DNA from: a virus
Direction: 5' to 3' (one strand)
Virus record (IMG/VR): IMGVR_UViG_3300038456_000361
Location: 6,960 to 70,959 of that record
DNA: 64,000 bases
Shown here piece after piece: positions 1-8,855 of the stretch (positions are counted from its first letter, which is position 1; every line of letters begins with the position of its first letter). Under the pieces are notes generated by a model. The model ran no database searches. It was not told the DNA's origin and was given only the letters and a program-made list of their open reading frames with translations. The position numbers and the translations under genes are program-made.

Positions 1-1926
1 CGCGAGGGAGTTGATGCCCACGGTGGTGAAACCCGTGTTCGAGTTGATGAAGGATTGGGCCGTGAAGGTGTACACGGGCACAGGTCCGGCGGCCACGGTC
101 ACGTAGAAGGCCGTCACCGTAGCAGCAAGGGGCGGGGCCGTGAGGAAGTTGACGTTGATGACCCCGCTCGCGTAGTCCACGGTGGAGCCCGCGGCGATGG
201 TGGTGCCGACGATGACGCCAGCCCCAGTATCGGTGCCCACGGGGAGCCCGTTCACGAGCACCACGAGGGTGTTCGCCTGGATGGGGAGCTGAAGGGCCGT
301 GGTGGCGAAGTTCGTCGCCACGTCGTCGCCGGTGCCCACGGTCAGATTCACCTGTGCGGGGCTCGCGGTGCCGTCCACCTGGACGATGAGGGTCTCCACG
401 GGGTTCAACAGCCCCCACGTGCTCACGGGGCGGCTCTGCACGGACGCGACCTGGCCATCCTTGCTCAGGAGCCGGTCGTTCTTGTACAGGCGCATGGTCT
501 CGGTGAGACCCACGGGGAAGTCCAGGCTGAGGTTCGCGTCCACGGCACCCTTGGGCAGCTCGTCGCTGGCCATCTGCAGGGTCTCGTTGGTATCAGCTCG
601 AGCCGTGATGGTGACGGTGGTCGCGCTGTTGCTGAGACGCGCCTGGAAGGCGATACCCGCGTCGCGGTTGATGCTCGCAACCACCTCGAAGGCGCTCGCC
701 GCCAGGGGGTTCTGGAAGTCCGAGGCGGAGAAACTGTGCAGGGAGAGCACTCTACCCACCAGGATGGCCAGCGTGGCCCCCGGGGTCATGCTGAAGGGCG
801 CCACAATCAGGGACGTGAGGTTCGCCTTCGTGACGGGCGGGTCTGACGCGATTTGGAAGTACTGCTCGCCCCCGTTGGCCTGCGCGACCACGCTCTCGAA
901 GGGGACGCCCGTCCAGATTTCCTCGTACCCGGTGCCGTCGTCGATGTACAGTGCCGCCGGGAGGCCGCCCTGGGGGAGTACGAAGGCCGCCGAGGTCACG
1001 GTCTTGTTCTCGTCGGGGCTCGTGATGCCCGTCACGCCAGTGGTGATGGCGAGGGGCGTGCCCTGGGCGCGCGTGGCCCGGATTTCGCGGATGCGCTCGC
1101 GCAGCTCGTCGTCGGTCTCGGCGGCCTGGGCGTTCGCGAAGGGGAGGGAGTTCGTGACCGCGGCGCCCGTGAACGGGGGGTTCACCCAGCCCGTGATGGT
1201 GTTGTACTGGACGTTGCCTCCGATGCCCGGGAGGAGCGCGATGACCTGGATGCCGTCCACCTCGGTCTCGCCGTCGGGGAGCGTGGCCGTGTAGAGGACC
1301 TTGAACTGCGTGCTCGTGCTCGCGTTCCCCTGCGGGGTCTGCGCGATGGTGCCCGCGGGGACCTGGCGGTTGCCACCCTGGGCGAGGATGACGCTCTCGC
1401 CGATGTTGTGGAAGTTCTGGGTGGTGACGCCCGCCGAGAGCGCGATGGTCCAGTACACGCCCACCTGGGTGATGCTCGAGTAGGCCAGCGGGCCCTCGTA
1501 GTCGGAGGTGCCGCGGCCGATGTAGATGGAGCCTGAGGCGGGGAACGTCGAGCCGTCGACGACGTTGATGGTGGCGACGCCGGCAATGGGCGCGCTCGTG
1601 CCCTGGAAGATGGTCGAGACCACCTTGGTGAACCTCGTGTCCGTGACGTTCACGCCCCCGGAGGCGTACGTGTCGACCTCGCGCTGCGTGCCCTCGTCGA
1701 GGGCGAGCCGGTCGAGCGCGGTGCCCGTGGCCTGGCCAAGGGTGGTGGCCCGAAGAAGGGCGAAGATGTCCTGGCTGTTGCGGAGGTCGCTCTCAGCTGC
1801 CGCCTCGAAGATGGACAGCACCGGGGAACCGACCTTGAGGGCTTTTAAGCCGTAGGAGGCCAAAAAACTATCAATCATCCCGCCGACAATTTGCGAAAAA
1901 CTTCGTGGAACTGGGATGTTAGACAT
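1..1926 (-). CDS. Baseplate J-like (wedge) protein, truncated by the window start
   Basis: Missing from the ORF track because no stop lies in the window. Manual translation from ATG 1926 gives MSNIPVPRSFSQIVGGMIDSF...LSIFEAAAESD...GTALDRLA, later PGIGGN and ETDDELRERIR, typical of baseplate J proteins. Confidence 0.85.
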   Translation of the reverse strand, partial: MSNIPVPRSFSQIVGGMIDSFLASYGLKALKVGSPVLSIFEAAAESDLRNSQDIFALLRATTLGQATGTALDRLALDEGTQREVDTYASGGVNVTDTRFTKVVSTIFQGTSAPIAGVATINVVDGSTFPASGSIYIGRGTSDYEGPLAYSSITQVGVYWTIALSAGVTTQNFHNIGESVILAQGGNRQVPAGTIAQTPQGNASTSTQFKVLYTATLPDGETEVDGIQVIALLPGIGGNVQYNTITGWVNPPFTGAAVTNSLPFANAQAAETDDELRERIREIRATRAQGTPLAITTGVTGITSPDENKTVTSAAFVLPQGGLPAALYIDDGTGYEEIWTGVPFESVVAQANGGEQYFQIASDPPVTKANLTSLIVAPFSMTPGATLAILVGRVLSLHSFSASDFQNPLAASAFEVVASINRDAGIAFQARLSNSATTVTITARADTNETLQMASDELPKGAVDANLSLDFPVGLTETMRLYKNDRLLSKDGQVASVQSRPVSTWGLLNPVETLIVQVDGTASPAQVNLTVGTGDDVATNFATTALQLPIQANTLVVLVNGLPVGTDTGAGVIVGTTIAAGSTVDYASGVINVNFLTAPPLAATVTAFYVTVAAGPVPVYTFTAQSFINSNTGFTTVGINSLA

Positions 1927-2413
1927 TCTGCTTCCTCAGATATTCGATGGCTGCCTGAAGGCTGTCCATATTGTCCTTGAACGACCCAAGACCAACATTG
2001 CAACGATTACAGAGAAGACCTCGCACCACACCAGTTACATGGTCATGGTCCACGGAGAAGTGCTTGTGCTTACTGTGTCCGATGTCTTTGCTCTTGCAAA
2101 TTGCACATGCGCCGCCCTGGACCTCAAGTAGTCTCTCGTACTGCTCGAGAGTGATTCCGTATCGTTCCTTGAACTTCTGCCGGCGCATCGCTTCGGGATG
2201 GTCACGATGCCATTGTCTGGCATAGGCTCTTCCTTCCTCGCTCTTGTTCCATCGACGTTTGGCGGCATCCCTGTTCGGGTCCTTGCTCTGGCATTCTTTG
2301 CGGGGCTGAACAAGAAGACCCGCCCCGCGGGTATAGAAGATGTCCTCGCCACCATAGGCTCCGCACCCAGTGCAAGTCTTGGCTGTTGCCGGCTGAACTC
2401 CTCGAAGTCCCAT
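1919..2413 (-). CDS. Endonuclease VII-like (His-Me) homing endonuclease
   Basis: YGITLEQY...QGGACAICK...VDHDHVTGVVRGLLCNRCNVGLG; visibly lower GC than neighbours; AGGAG SD. Confidence 0.9.
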   Translation of the reverse strand: MGLRGVQPATAKTCTGCGAYGGEDIFYTRGAGLLVQPRKECQSKDPNRDAAKRRWNKSEEGRAYARQWHRDHPEAMRRQKFKERYGITLEQYERLLEVQGGACAICKSKDIGHSKHKHFSVDHDHVTGVVRGLLCNRCNVGLGSFKDNMDSLQAAIEYLRKQNV

Positions 2414-2464
2414 CGTCTATCTCCTGCGGTGTGGGGAGGGCAGAGTGGCTCTGCTCATAGGGGG

Positions 2465-2472
2465 TAGATTGC
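2465..2472 (-). promoter_or_regulatory. Putative late promoter GCAATCTA
   Basis: One of 18 YAATCTA copies; ATG 6 nt downstream at 2458. Confidence 0.65.
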
Positions 2473-2483
2473 CGCCCTGGGAT

Positions 2484-2494
2484 TGTGGTATAGT
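2484..2494 (+). promoter_or_regulatory. Extended -10 promoter TGTGGTATAGT (leaderless)
   Basis: Recurrent motif; ATG at 2501, 6 nt downstream; no SD. Confidence 0.7.
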
Positions 2495-2500
2495 CCACCC

Positions 2501-2863
2501 ATGCCCATCGACTGGTTGCTAGACCCCGGGGTCCCCGCGGTGGCCCTCAAGGCCCCCGTTGTCGAGACCTGGCCGGACGACGTGGCCGGCGGGTTCACAT
2601 GGAACACGGCCTTGGGCGAGGAGCAGGGGCCCGTGTTCTGCGACACCGAAGCGGGCGTCGCCACGGCCTGGCACGCGGCGCTCGCGTCCCGGTACAAGGC
2701 CATCCACCTGAACGGGCGCCTCGTCAAGGCCGTGCACCTCCCGCATCTCTGCGGGTGCATCGGCTGTCACCCCGAGTACCACGGGCGCGCCCCTCGGGTC
2801 TACGGGAAGGGTGTCATGTACAGCAGCGACACGCGTTCGTGCCTCTGCCATCCTCGAGGCTAG
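2501..2863 (+). CDS. Hypothetical protein
   Basis: Fills the gap between minus-strand genes; start placed after the extended -10. Confidence 0.6.
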   Translation: MPIDWLLDPGVPAVALKAPVVETWPDDVAGGFTWNTALGEEQGPVFCDTEAGVATAWHAALASRYKAIHLNGRLVKAVHLPHLCGCIGCHPEYHGRAPRVYGKGVMYSSDTRSCLCHPRG

Positions 2864-5385
2864 TGCACGTCGAAGGCCACGGGGAGGATGTTGCTGCTCC
2901 CGGCCACGCCCACGCCCATGTAGATGCGCGCGCTCGGCCCGTTCACGGCCACGCTCACGCTCTGGACGCCCGTGAAGGTGGGGTCGCCGTCGAAAAGCCC
3001 CTTGGCGGCCGCGAGGATGGTCGTGGCGGGCGTGTCGGCGATGCTCTGGCCCACGAGCTTGGGGAATCCGTAGTAGGGGTGGTGGATGAGCGTGCCCTTG
3101 GGGGTGTTGAAGGCCAGCCACACGCTCTGGATGACGTTGTTGATGCCGATGGCGAGCCGGCAGTCCCCGTCCGGGGTGACCACGAGGTCACCCTGGCTCG
3201 TGAGCAGGAGGTCCACGCCCCCGATTTGGAACCAGTCCTTGTACGTGAGCCCGGGGATGCCGGGCGTGTCGTACTCGGGCGTGCTCGCGGCCTGCGCCGA
3301 GGGGATGTATAGGCTCATTTGGGAGTTTACTGTCCCCGGGAGGAAGGCCTGCAGGAACGCGCCCTGCGCGGTCGTGTACGAGCCCAGGTTCGGGGTCCCG
3401 TCGAGGATGAGCACGTAGTAGCTGCCGCCGTTGACGGGGGTGATGCTGACGATGTGCCTGGCGAGACGCGGTTGCCCGCCCGCGTACACGTACACGAGCT
3501 GCTGCGTCTCCAGGTTCTGCACGCTCGAGACCGTGACCTGGCTGCCGTTGCCGTTCGTGAGGAAGGGGATGGTGAAGCCGACCTCGTCCACGTAGGGCTC
3601 GCGGAGCCCGTTCAGCGCCGCTATCTCCTCCCAGCGGTCTGGCGTGCCCAGGTAGGTCGCCGCGAGCACCTCGAGGGTGCCCCCGTAGGGGAAGGGCACG
3701 AGGAACTTGCCGGGGCTGCTCTGGAAGGGGATTTGCGTGCCCGCGTAGAAGCCCGCCGCGTAGTCCATGGGGTTCGTGGGGACGGCCGTGAGGTTGTTGT
3801 AGGCGGCGTAGCGGTTCAGCTGCATGATGAAGGCGTTGAACTGGAAGAGGACCTCGAAGTCGTTGTCGCTGGGCGTGCGCGACGCCGGCAGGGGCACGCG
3901 GTTGAAGGTGGCGTTGAACGTGGGGTCGCCCGCGCCCACGAAGTCCGCGAAGTTCTCACCCGCGGCCTGGGTGCTCTCGAGCACGTTCGCGAAGTCCTGG
4001 CGCGTGAAGGCGCGCACGCGATTGCGCTCGGCCGTGATTTTTGCTTGCACGACCGAGGGGATGTTCAGGTCCGAGGTGTTGATGGTGGAGAAGTACTGGT
4101 AGTACTGCTTGGGGTTCGCGAAGATGGTGCTCAGGGGGTCGCCCGCGCTCGGGCCGTAGAGCGTGCTCAGGTTCTGGTTCGCCGTCGGGGGCACCGTGGA
4201 CGTCATGGGGGCGCCACTGCTGGACCTCGTGCTGCGCGTGCTCGTGTTCCCCGAGCCCACCTGGTCCTTGGTGCTCCTCAGGGCCGCGGCCTGGATGAGC
4301 CGCTGGAACTGGGGGTTGATGCCCGCCGGGGCCGTGGTGGGATTGGCGTAGACGGCGATGACGGCGCCCTTCAGGGCGGCGATGACCTGGTCGGGGAGGT
4401 CCGCGACCGTGTACACCTGTCCTATCTGGTCCTTGCCCCAGGCGCTCGTGCTCCTGAGGTTCTCGAGGAGGGTGGATGCGACGGCGTTGCCGGTGGCGCC
4501 CTGGAGGATGGTGATGTAGTCCTGGCTCTGCAGGGACACCTGGATGTCGGCTACGGCCCCGAGGAGCTGCCGCGTCGCCAGGGGCGTCTGGTTATTCGCC
4601 GTCACCCCGGAGTTGACGGGCTGGATGTTGTTGCCGTTGTAGTTGATGCGCTTCCACGCCTTCATCCTCAGGGTGAAGTTGTACTCCCAGGGGCTCGCGG
4701 AGCTGCGTTGCACGTCGAGGGCGCCCGGCGTCACCAGGTACACGGCCTGGTCCTTCCAGAGCGCGAGGGCCAGCCTTAGCGTGAGGCCACCCTTGGTCTT
4801 CTTGGCGGTGACGTAGCTCTCGAGGAACTGCTGCAGGAGCCGGATTTGGTAGTAGCCCGTCTCCGAGCCTGGCTCGTTCGGGACCGCGGAGGCGAAACTC
4901 GAGTTGGGCTCGACCCCGCCCTGGCCCGTGAACGCGGGGACGCCGCTGATGCCTCCCGCGACCACGGCGTTCGCGGTGGCGCCCGTGAAGGGGGGCTGGC
5001 TCGAGCGCCCCGGCCACACGCCCGTCGTGCCCGAGAGGCTGATGTTCCTGATGGGGGCGCCGTTATGCTGCTCCGTGATGCCCCCGAGGGTGACCGTGGT
5101 CTCGATGGCGAAGGGCGTGCTCAGCCCCAGCTCCTGCGGGGGGATGGGGAGCGTGAACGTGGCCTGGGGGCTGTAGTTCCCGTTCGCGTAGTTGAGGATG
5201 ACGAGCTGGTAGGGGTAGCTCTGGTTCCACCTCTGGGGCTGGATGGTGGCGTAGTACCAGAACGGGTCCTGGGTGGTGGGGATGTTCAGGGACGAGAAGA
5301 TGGTCGTGTCGGCGATGGCGGCGTTGCCGGCCACGGCCGTCGTCAGGCTCCCGCCTGTGGTTGCGTTAACACTCTCGTCGGGCAT
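2860..5385 (-). CDS. Baseplate protein with LysM-like and C-terminal gp25/wedge-like domains
   Basis: TLEVLAATYLGTPDRWEEIAALNGL (LysM-like); DLLLTSQGDL...TPKGTLIHHPYYG (gp25-like); promoter motif at 5395. Confidence 0.75.
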   Translation of the reverse strand: MPDESVNATTGGSLTTAVAGNAAIADTTIFSSLNIPTTQDPFWYYATIQPQRWNQSYPYQLVILNYANGNYSPQATFTLPIPPQELGLSTPFAIETTVTLGGITEQHNGAPIRNISLSGTTGVWPGRSSQPPFTGATANAVVAGGISGVPAFTGQGGVEPNSSFASAVPNEPGSETGYYQIRLLQQFLESYVTAKKTKGGLTLRLALALWKDQAVYLVTPGALDVQRSSASPWEYNFTLRMKAWKRINYNGNNIQPVNSGVTANNQTPLATRQLLGAVADIQVSLQSQDYITILQGATGNAVASTLLENLRSTSAWGKDQIGQVYTVADLPDQVIAALKGAVIAVYANPTTAPAGINPQFQRLIQAAALRSTKDQVGSGNTSTRSTRSSSGAPMTSTVPPTANQNLSTLYGPSAGDPLSTIFANPKQYYQYFSTINTSDLNIPSVVQAKITAERNRVRAFTRQDFANVLESTQAAGENFADFVGAGDPTFNATFNRVPLPASRTPSDNDFEVLFQFNAFIMQLNRYAAYNNLTAVPTNPMDYAAGFYAGTQIPFQSSPGKFLVPFPYGGTLEVLAATYLGTPDRWEEIAALNGLREPYVDEVGFTIPFLTNGNGSQVTVSSVQNLETQQLVYVYAGGQPRLARHIVSITPVNGGSYYVLILDGTPNLGSYTTAQGAFLQAFLPGTVNSQMSLYIPSAQAASTPEYDTPGIPGLTYKDWFQIGGVDLLLTSQGDLVVTPDGDCRLAIGINNVIQSVWLAFNTPKGTLIHHPYYGFPKLVGQSIADTPATTILAAAKGLFDGDPTFTGVQSVSVAVNGPSARIYMGVGVAGSSNILPVAFDVH

Positions 5386-5403
5386 GGTGTCTACTAGATT
5401 GCC

Positions 5404-5727
5404 TTAGGGTAACTTGGGGATGGAGCTGGCGGGGCACTCGTAGGGCACGCCCGGGGGCAGGGCCTGGGCCGCGGCCGTGGCGGCCGCCTGGGCCTGGGCG
5501 AGCGCCTCCTGGTACGCCTGCTGCGCCGCCGCCTGTATGGCTGCCTGTGCCACGGCCTGGAGCTGCTGCTGGGCCTCGGTGATGAGCGAGCCCGCCCCCG
5601 CGGACTGCGCGGCCTGGATGACCTGCTGGGCCTCGACGACAGCCTGCTGTGCCGCGGCGGCGGTGGCGCGTGCGCACGCGAGGACCTGGCGTTGGAGTTT
5701 GATGCTGAGTGCGACCGTGGATGCCAT
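5404..5727 (-). CDS. Ala/Gln-rich hypothetical protein in the baseplate operon
   Basis: Tightly packed ORF in the operon. Confidence 0.6.
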   Translation of the reverse strand: MASTVALSIKLQRQVLACARATAAAAQQAVVEAQQVIQAAQSAGAGSLITEAQQQLQAVAQAAIQAAAQQAYQEALAQAQAAATAAAQALPPGVPYECPASSIPKLP

Positions 5728-5744
5728 AATGGGGGTAACCCTCT

Positions 5745-6788
5745 CTAATCGTTACTGTTCTTGCCGGACACGAAGGTGGTTGCCTGCGCCTCGAAAGCGT
5801 CCACGGACGCACCCCAGGCCTCGAGCAGCGGCGCCGCTGCGGTCAGGGACGCCCCGGCGGTGACCAGGAAGGGCTGGGCGAGAGGGAAGGCAGAGGCGCC
5901 CCCCGCCGAGGTCAGGGCCGCCCCGGCCACGCCCAGGAGCGCGCCTATGGCCTGCGCCTGCGCGGACACTGCGGTGTCCATGGTCGTCTGGGCGAAACGG
6001 TAGTTGCTGAACAGGGGCATGGCGTTGTTGCCCCCGCCCATGACGATGCCCGAGCTTTGGATGTTCACCTGGCCGGCGCACGTGAGGTTGAGCTGGGAGT
6101 TCGCGGCCACGTTCACGACGTTGTTCGTCTGGTCGATGGTGACGCTCTGGAGGGCGTCCGCGCTCGTGAAGCTGATGCTCCCGTCCTGGGTCATGCGTAC
6201 CACGCTCCCCTGGGCGTCCTCGGAGGCGCTGTCAGCCAGGCTGCCGTCGGCGTTGGTGGCGCCGTTGAAGGTCACCGCCAGCTCCCCGGCGCTGTTGATG
6301 ACGACGTTGAGGCCGTTGAACTCGAACTCGAGGTTGTGCCCGTCGGACTGCTGGTCGACGTTGTCGTCGTTGGTGGCGTCCCGGGTGCCCCCGAGGATGA
6401 CGGCCTGCGCGGTGTCGCCGTTGACGCAGAGGAGCAGCACCTTCGCTCCCTCCCCGTACTGGCCCGGCTGGGGCGGGTCGCCCTCGGCCGTGGTCCTGAG
6501 GGTGTACCTGAGGATGTCCGCCACGCTCCCGAAGAGGTTGCTCAGGGACACGCAGTTGTAGAAGGTGTTCACGTTCGAGCCCGCGCCGTCCTGCTGCGCC
6601 ACCATGACCACGTACTCGATGTACTTCTTCAGCTGCCCGGTGTTGCTCGCCGCCGAGGGGTAGACGATGCTCTGCACCTCGCCCCAGCGCAGGCTCAGGT
6701 TCGTCTGGTCGTCGTAGTCCTTCGAACGCCCCATGGTCTCGAGACCGAGGAAGTGGGGGATGATGGACCCGTCTGCCAGTCTGGACAT
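5745..6788 (-). CDS. Baseplate central spike (gpV/gp5-like)
   Basis: OB-fold-like end GAKVLLLCVNGDTAQAVILG followed by beta-repeat sequence; follows the hub gene. Confidence 0.7.
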   Translation of the reverse strand: MSRLADGSIIPHFLGLETMGRSKDYDDQTNLSLRWGEVQSIVYPSAASNTGQLKKYIEYVVMVAQQDGAGSNVNTFYNCVSLSNLFGSVADILRYTLRTTAEGDPPQPGQYGEGAKVLLLCVNGDTAQAVILGGTRDATNDDNVDQQSDGHNLEFEFNGLNVVINSAGELAVTFNGATNADGSLADSASEDAQGSVVRMTQDGSISFTSADALQSVTIDQTNNVVNVAANSQLNLTCAGQVNIQSSGIVMGGGNNAMPLFSNYRFAQTTMDTAVSAQAQAIGALLGVAGAALTSAGGASAFPLAQPFLVTAGASLTAAAPLLEAWGASVDAFEAQATTFVSGKNSND

Positions 6789-6791
6789 GTG

Positions 6792-8852
6792 CTAGGCCAC
6801 TCCCGTTCCGTCGCTACCGCCCGGGACCTGGAAATCCCCCGCGGAGGCCGTGGAGGGAGCCACCGCCCCCGTCGCGGTCCCGAACTGCGAGGTCGTGGTC
6901 GTGCTGGTCTGGGCGTCGTAGGTGAGCCCGGGGTTGTACTGGGTCTGGTCGTCACCGGTCGTGGCCGCGTAGATGCCGATGTCCTGGTGGTCGACGGGCA
7001 CGAGCGCGAGGGGGTCGTGGTCACTGCGGAGCCCGTGCGAGAAGTTGACTGTGGTGTGGAAGGCGCGCTTGCCGTCGACTATCCTCGCCGTGTGCAGCAC
7101 GGTCTCGATGTGGGCGACGACGCCGTCGAACTCGATGTTGTCACCGATGCAGATGGGGGCCGTGATGCCGTGCATGTTGAGGGTGCCCGTGAGGTCCAGG
7201 TGCATGCCCATGCGCCAGTCCGACACGAGGGCCATCCACAGGCTCGGCCCGAAGCCCCCCGAGGCGGCCGTGATGTCCGAGGGGGCACAGCTCACCTGGG
7301 AGATGTGCGCGCGCAGGCCCGAGCGCTTGACGTCCGCGAGGTCCTGAATCGGGGGGTTCTTGACAATCTGGGCCTGGGCGGTGTTGTCCCTGAGGGTGTG
7401 CACGGGCTGACCGTAGATGTGCACGAAGTTGCAACGAAGGGCGTCCGTCTTGGAGAGCCTCGCGCTCGTCACGAGCAGGGGGTGCACCTCCCACCGGGGA
7501 AGCTCGAGGAAGCGCGTGAGGGGGAGTTCGACCCCCTGCGTGTACGCGCTCTGCAGGTACTGGTTGTTGACGATGGCACCCGGGGCGGTGGAGGTGCCCG
7601 GAGCCGCCTGCAGGGTGTTCGCGAACACGTCCGAGGTGAAGGGAATCTGGCGGATGATGAGCGAGGGCACCACGAGCCCGTTCTCGTTCACCCTCAGGGT
7701 GACGTAGCGCTCGTTGATGGCCTCGTTGACGTACTTGCCGATGAGCGTCCACACCGTGGGGCTGCCCGTGAACTCGGGGAAGTTGGGTGTGAACGCGCCC
7801 AGCAGGGGTTTGGGCGTGAAGGAGTAGTTGTTGCTCCCGCCCTCGGTGTTGCTCCCCACGGTCAACCCGTCGGGCTTGAAGATGTCCTTGATGCTCTGGG
7901 ACGCGCTCTGGGTGTAGTTCTGGACCCCGATGATGGCCTCCGTGAAATCGAAACCCGAGAGCGTGACCCCGACGTGTGTGGGGTTGGTCTTGCCGATGAG
8001 GGCCCCGACCTGCGAGGGTATCAGGTACGCGTAGGGGGCGTCCTCGGCCTGGACCCCGTTGTCCTGCCCGATGGCGCCCGCCACCGTGGAGGGCACGCCC
8101 GCCGCGTTTGGGTCCGGCTGCTGGATGGCGGGAGGCAGACCCGCGCCGAGCAGGAGGTGCATGAGGAAGGGCACCGCCTTCTGGGTGCGTACCACCGAAT
8201 CCCCGCTGATGAAGTCCTCCACCTTCTGGGCGAGTTTCGCCAGGAAGTTCCCCAGCCGGGCGTTCGTGCTGTCGAGGAGCGCGGGGTTGAAGAAGACCAC
8301 GGATTCCATCTCCATGAAGCTCGAGGCCTGGAGGTCGTAGCTCACGGTCCTCGGGCCGCCCGGGGCCTGCGTGAGCGTCTTCCCCATGGACATGACCCTG
8401 CCGATGAACTTGAAGCCATCCTGCGGGAGGTTGCAGGGCTGGGTGTAGTCCTGGGCGTAGATGCGCTTCAGCAACGCCTTAGCGTCGTCCTCGCTCTGGA
8501 GAATCCAGGCCGCGCACCAGTCCCCGGGGGAGATGGCCGAGAGGTAGTTGGTGTCGCCAAAGGTGAGCACGGCCTGCATGTTCCCAATGGGGGTGTCCTT
8601 GCTCGTGTGCACCGACAGGGTCGTGCAGTCGCTGGTGATAATCAGGGGAGCCCCGTTCGTCTTCACGGCCATGCTCGGGTCGGGGTCGTAGCTCTTCTCC
8701 TTGAGACGGGAGAAGGTGACCTCCTCCTGGAAGGGGAAGACGGCGATGACCCAGTAGGGGTTGAGGGGGACCTCGTCGGCCAGGAGTGTGGCGTCCTGGC
8801 CCTGGCTGAGCCCGTAGAAGTCGTTGATGAGCTTGTACGCGGGCGCCGTCAT
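6792..8852 (-). CDS. Baseplate hub (gp27/gpD-like)
   Basis: Lies between tape measure and spike; C-terminal GTLNMHG...ICIGDNIEF...HIETVLH. Confidence 0.7.
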   Translation of the reverse strand: MTAPAYKLINDFYGLSQGQDATLLADEVPLNPYWVIAVFPFQEEVTFSRLKEKSYDPDPSMAVKTNGAPLIITSDCTTLSVHTSKDTPIGNMQAVLTFGDTNYLSAISPGDWCAAWILQSEDDAKALLKRIYAQDYTQPCNLPQDGFKFIGRVMSMGKTLTQAPGGPRTVSYDLQASSFMEMESVVFFNPALLDSTNARLGNFLAKLAQKVEDFISGDSVVRTQKAVPFLMHLLLGAGLPPAIQQPDPNAAGVPSTVAGAIGQDNGVQAEDAPYAYLIPSQVGALIGKTNPTHVGVTLSGFDFTEAIIGVQNYTQSASQSIKDIFKPDGLTVGSNTEGGSNNYSFTPKPLLGAFTPNFPEFTGSPTVWTLIGKYVNEAINERYVTLRVNENGLVVPSLIIRQIPFTSDVFANTLQAAPGTSTAPGAIVNNQYLQSAYTQGVELPLTRFLELPRWEVHPLLVTSARLSKTDALRCNFVHIYGQPVHTLRDNTAQAQIVKNPPIQDLADVKRSGLRAHISQVSCAPSDITAASGGFGPSLWMALVSDWRMGMHLDLTGTLNMHGITAPICIGDNIEFDGVVAHIETVLHTARIVDGKRAFHTTVNFSHGLRSDHDPLALVPVDHQDIGIYAATTGDDQTQYNPGLTYDAQTSTTTTSQFGTATGAVAPSTASAGDFQVPGGSDGTGVA

Positions 8853-8855
8853 GCC

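Noticed and set aside
2411-2458. Genome-wide TAG recoding suggested by an in-frame TAG
   Set aside because: Many well-delimited genes end in TAG (e.g. 2860, 5745, 6792) and long ORFs are intact under the standard code.
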